Assembly (NCBI RefSeq): GCF_000181795.1
Contig: NW_003526941.1
Coordinates: 1,893,542 to 1,948,020, forward strand
DNA: 54,479 nt
Source: Trichinella spiralis
Lineage: Eukaryota
Direction: 5' to 3'
Below the pieces are notes generated by a model. It ran no database searches. It was not told where the DNA came from and saw only the letters and a program-made list of their open reading frames with translations. The position numbers were made by a program, and so were the translations under genes. Positions 52,431 through 54,479 of the stretch are shown here, one piece after another (the stretch's first letter is position 1; every line of letters begins with the position of its first letter).

Positions 52431-54479
52431 GTAATCTGCTGACAACAGCTTTGCAAATAACAAAAACACCTTCTAATTGTAGCTTAATGAGCAACTAATT
52501 TTTGATTGGAAAAATAAAAAATTCTTTTAAAGATTTTGAAATATTACCACTAAAATAATTTGTTGTAGCTTATGTATTTCTTACGTGTTCTCAACGGTAA
52601 TGCTTATTACTAGAACTGTAATATCATTAACAAGCATATGTTTGCGGATCCTCTTTGCTACCGATTTCTAATTTAAATTTGTAAATTAGTTTTTTCCAAG
52701 AACTCTTTCATTAGTTAATTCTATTAGTTTATTTCTGTAGTCTTTCATTTTATATTACATTATTACTGAATGTTATATGATCTATATGAAAATTCACGTG
52801 CAACTTAATTTGCCAGAAAATTGCAAATCTTCATTTCAAGCAAAAATTACAAAACAATTTGGCGTGTAATTTTTACATACAGAATTTTGTTACTGTTATT
52901 CAATCTCATGAATTACTAATTATTCACTGTGCAATATCTTCCTAAATTGTGCAGGGGATAACAAAAGAAATAACAACTGGAGGCATTATTATTCAATGTG
53001 AAACATTCGAAATCCATCCATTCTTGCACGACATGATTGTACATAACATTATCAACTACTAATGAAGTTCAGTTGAGCAACACATGTTTAACAAAAGGCG
53101 GCTATTCAAATCGCAGCAACATTACTAACAATTGCAACAACTTTAGTGCAACTTTGCAAATTTAGTAAAACTATAAAGCAACGAAAGTACAAAATCAGTT
53201 GGAATAATAAGGATCAAAGCATCACACTTTTCTACAAATAGCAACTGATCTCCATTCTATACAAAGGTATGAATATTGCACAAAAAATGAACTTCATTAA
53301 TTGCAAAAGTTTAATGCTCTACGCATGTTATTAACCACTTAAAGAGTAAAAATGAAGTGACCTAACCAAAGGGAACGTCATACTCCATTTCATTGAACTA
53401 CAATTACAAAACGTCATCTAGATTAGCAGGCAAAAGCGGCATCTAATCTCCTCGACAGTATTATCGTCATTTAAGAGGTAAGTTGTTCTATTAATTGTTT
53501 CCACGTTTAGTGCGCGAAATAATTTCAAACTCAACGTTACGTGCTCATTGATAGATCCCAAGGTTCAACATAAACCTACAGATCAGTTTCATTGAATACA
53601 CAATTTGTCATTTATCTGCACTGAATTCACCGTGATACAAATGATAAGAGTATACACTCTACTCTGCATGGTAGGAGTTTTGGTAAAATCTTAGTTTAGA
53701 AGATGCAATTATAGAAAGAAAAATATAATGCAGCAACAAATGTGAATTTCAAAAAACTTCATTTTCAATACACCTAAATTGCAGAGTCGTTATCACTGAA
53801 TGAAAAGCAAACAGAACGTGCAAAGTTCAAAGCTCCTGTATTACAAAAAGAAAAATCAGGTACAGTATGAAAGAATAGCACATTTCTAAAATGAATATAA
53901 CAGGAAAAAATTAGGATTAACAATAAACAGGAATGAAACAGATCCACATTCATAATTATCAACAAATTCCATTTTCTTTCAACTTCCATCAACAACATAA
54001 CAATCTAAATTAGAATCACGTTAATCGCAAATATCATAATCAGTATGCTTTCATGCAACGGGCAAGTAGCTTCGGAGTGATTCTGTAAATTTTTCTCAAC
54101 CGTTGAAATTATTTTCGCCACAATTTAAAATTTAAAATTGAAACAATTCTAAAAAAGCAAGATTTTGCGTTCTTAGAAAGTAGCATTTTGTCGCAAATTT
54201 CGCTTTTTTTCTTATGTATTGCTAAATTATGATAAATTAAAGGGTTTCGGAAAGTTCCACGGCAAACAAACGCGTAAATGGTGAATAAATTGCCTCTGAA
54301 GTTTCCATGTGCCGATCTTAATACACAGGAAAGCCGCCATACTGGAACTCCCTTGAAAATGAAACAAGGGTGGTTGAATTTTTGTATACGAGACCTTTCC
54401 GCCATTATAATGAGATATTCATTCACATTTTTGCACTCTGGTACGATATTGTCGTTGTTTTGGGGCAACTTTGATTTTC

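Noticed and set aside
52500..54479. Minus-strand ORFs 53774-53998 and 54109-54468
   Set aside because: No motif or convincing spliced model. It could be part of a gene extending beyond the window, but I cannot support that.

Overview
AT-rich eukaryotic genomic DNA, gene-dense, with many short (about 50-70 nt) GT-AG introns. The gene content and intron style point to a nematode, most likely clade I such as Trichinella (inference). I hand-spliced 12 protein-coding genes: TANGO2/NRDE (-), SF3A1/prp-21 (-), a secreted CAP + 2xShKT protein (+), a ZP-N/cuticlin-like transmembrane protein (+), mitochondrial malic enzyme (+), an intronless GC-rich SLC49/FLVCR-family MFS transporter (+), a membrane-anchored type-B carboxylesterase (+), an orphan Tyr-motif-rich transmembrane protein (-), V-ATPase subunit H (+), RPL11 (-), an RNF19-like RBR E3 ligase (+) and mitochondrial GatC (+). 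The most interesting item is the orphan at 37242-38939, whose architecture matches vertebrate PAG1/Cbp/LAT-type raft adaptors. Also notable: two likely trans-spliced operon pairs, a long hairpin in the last V-ATPase H intron, the intronless GC-rich transporter, and a GC-AG intron. I saw no tRNA, rRNA, CRISPR or intact transposon. Exon boundaries are manual and may be off by a few nt.
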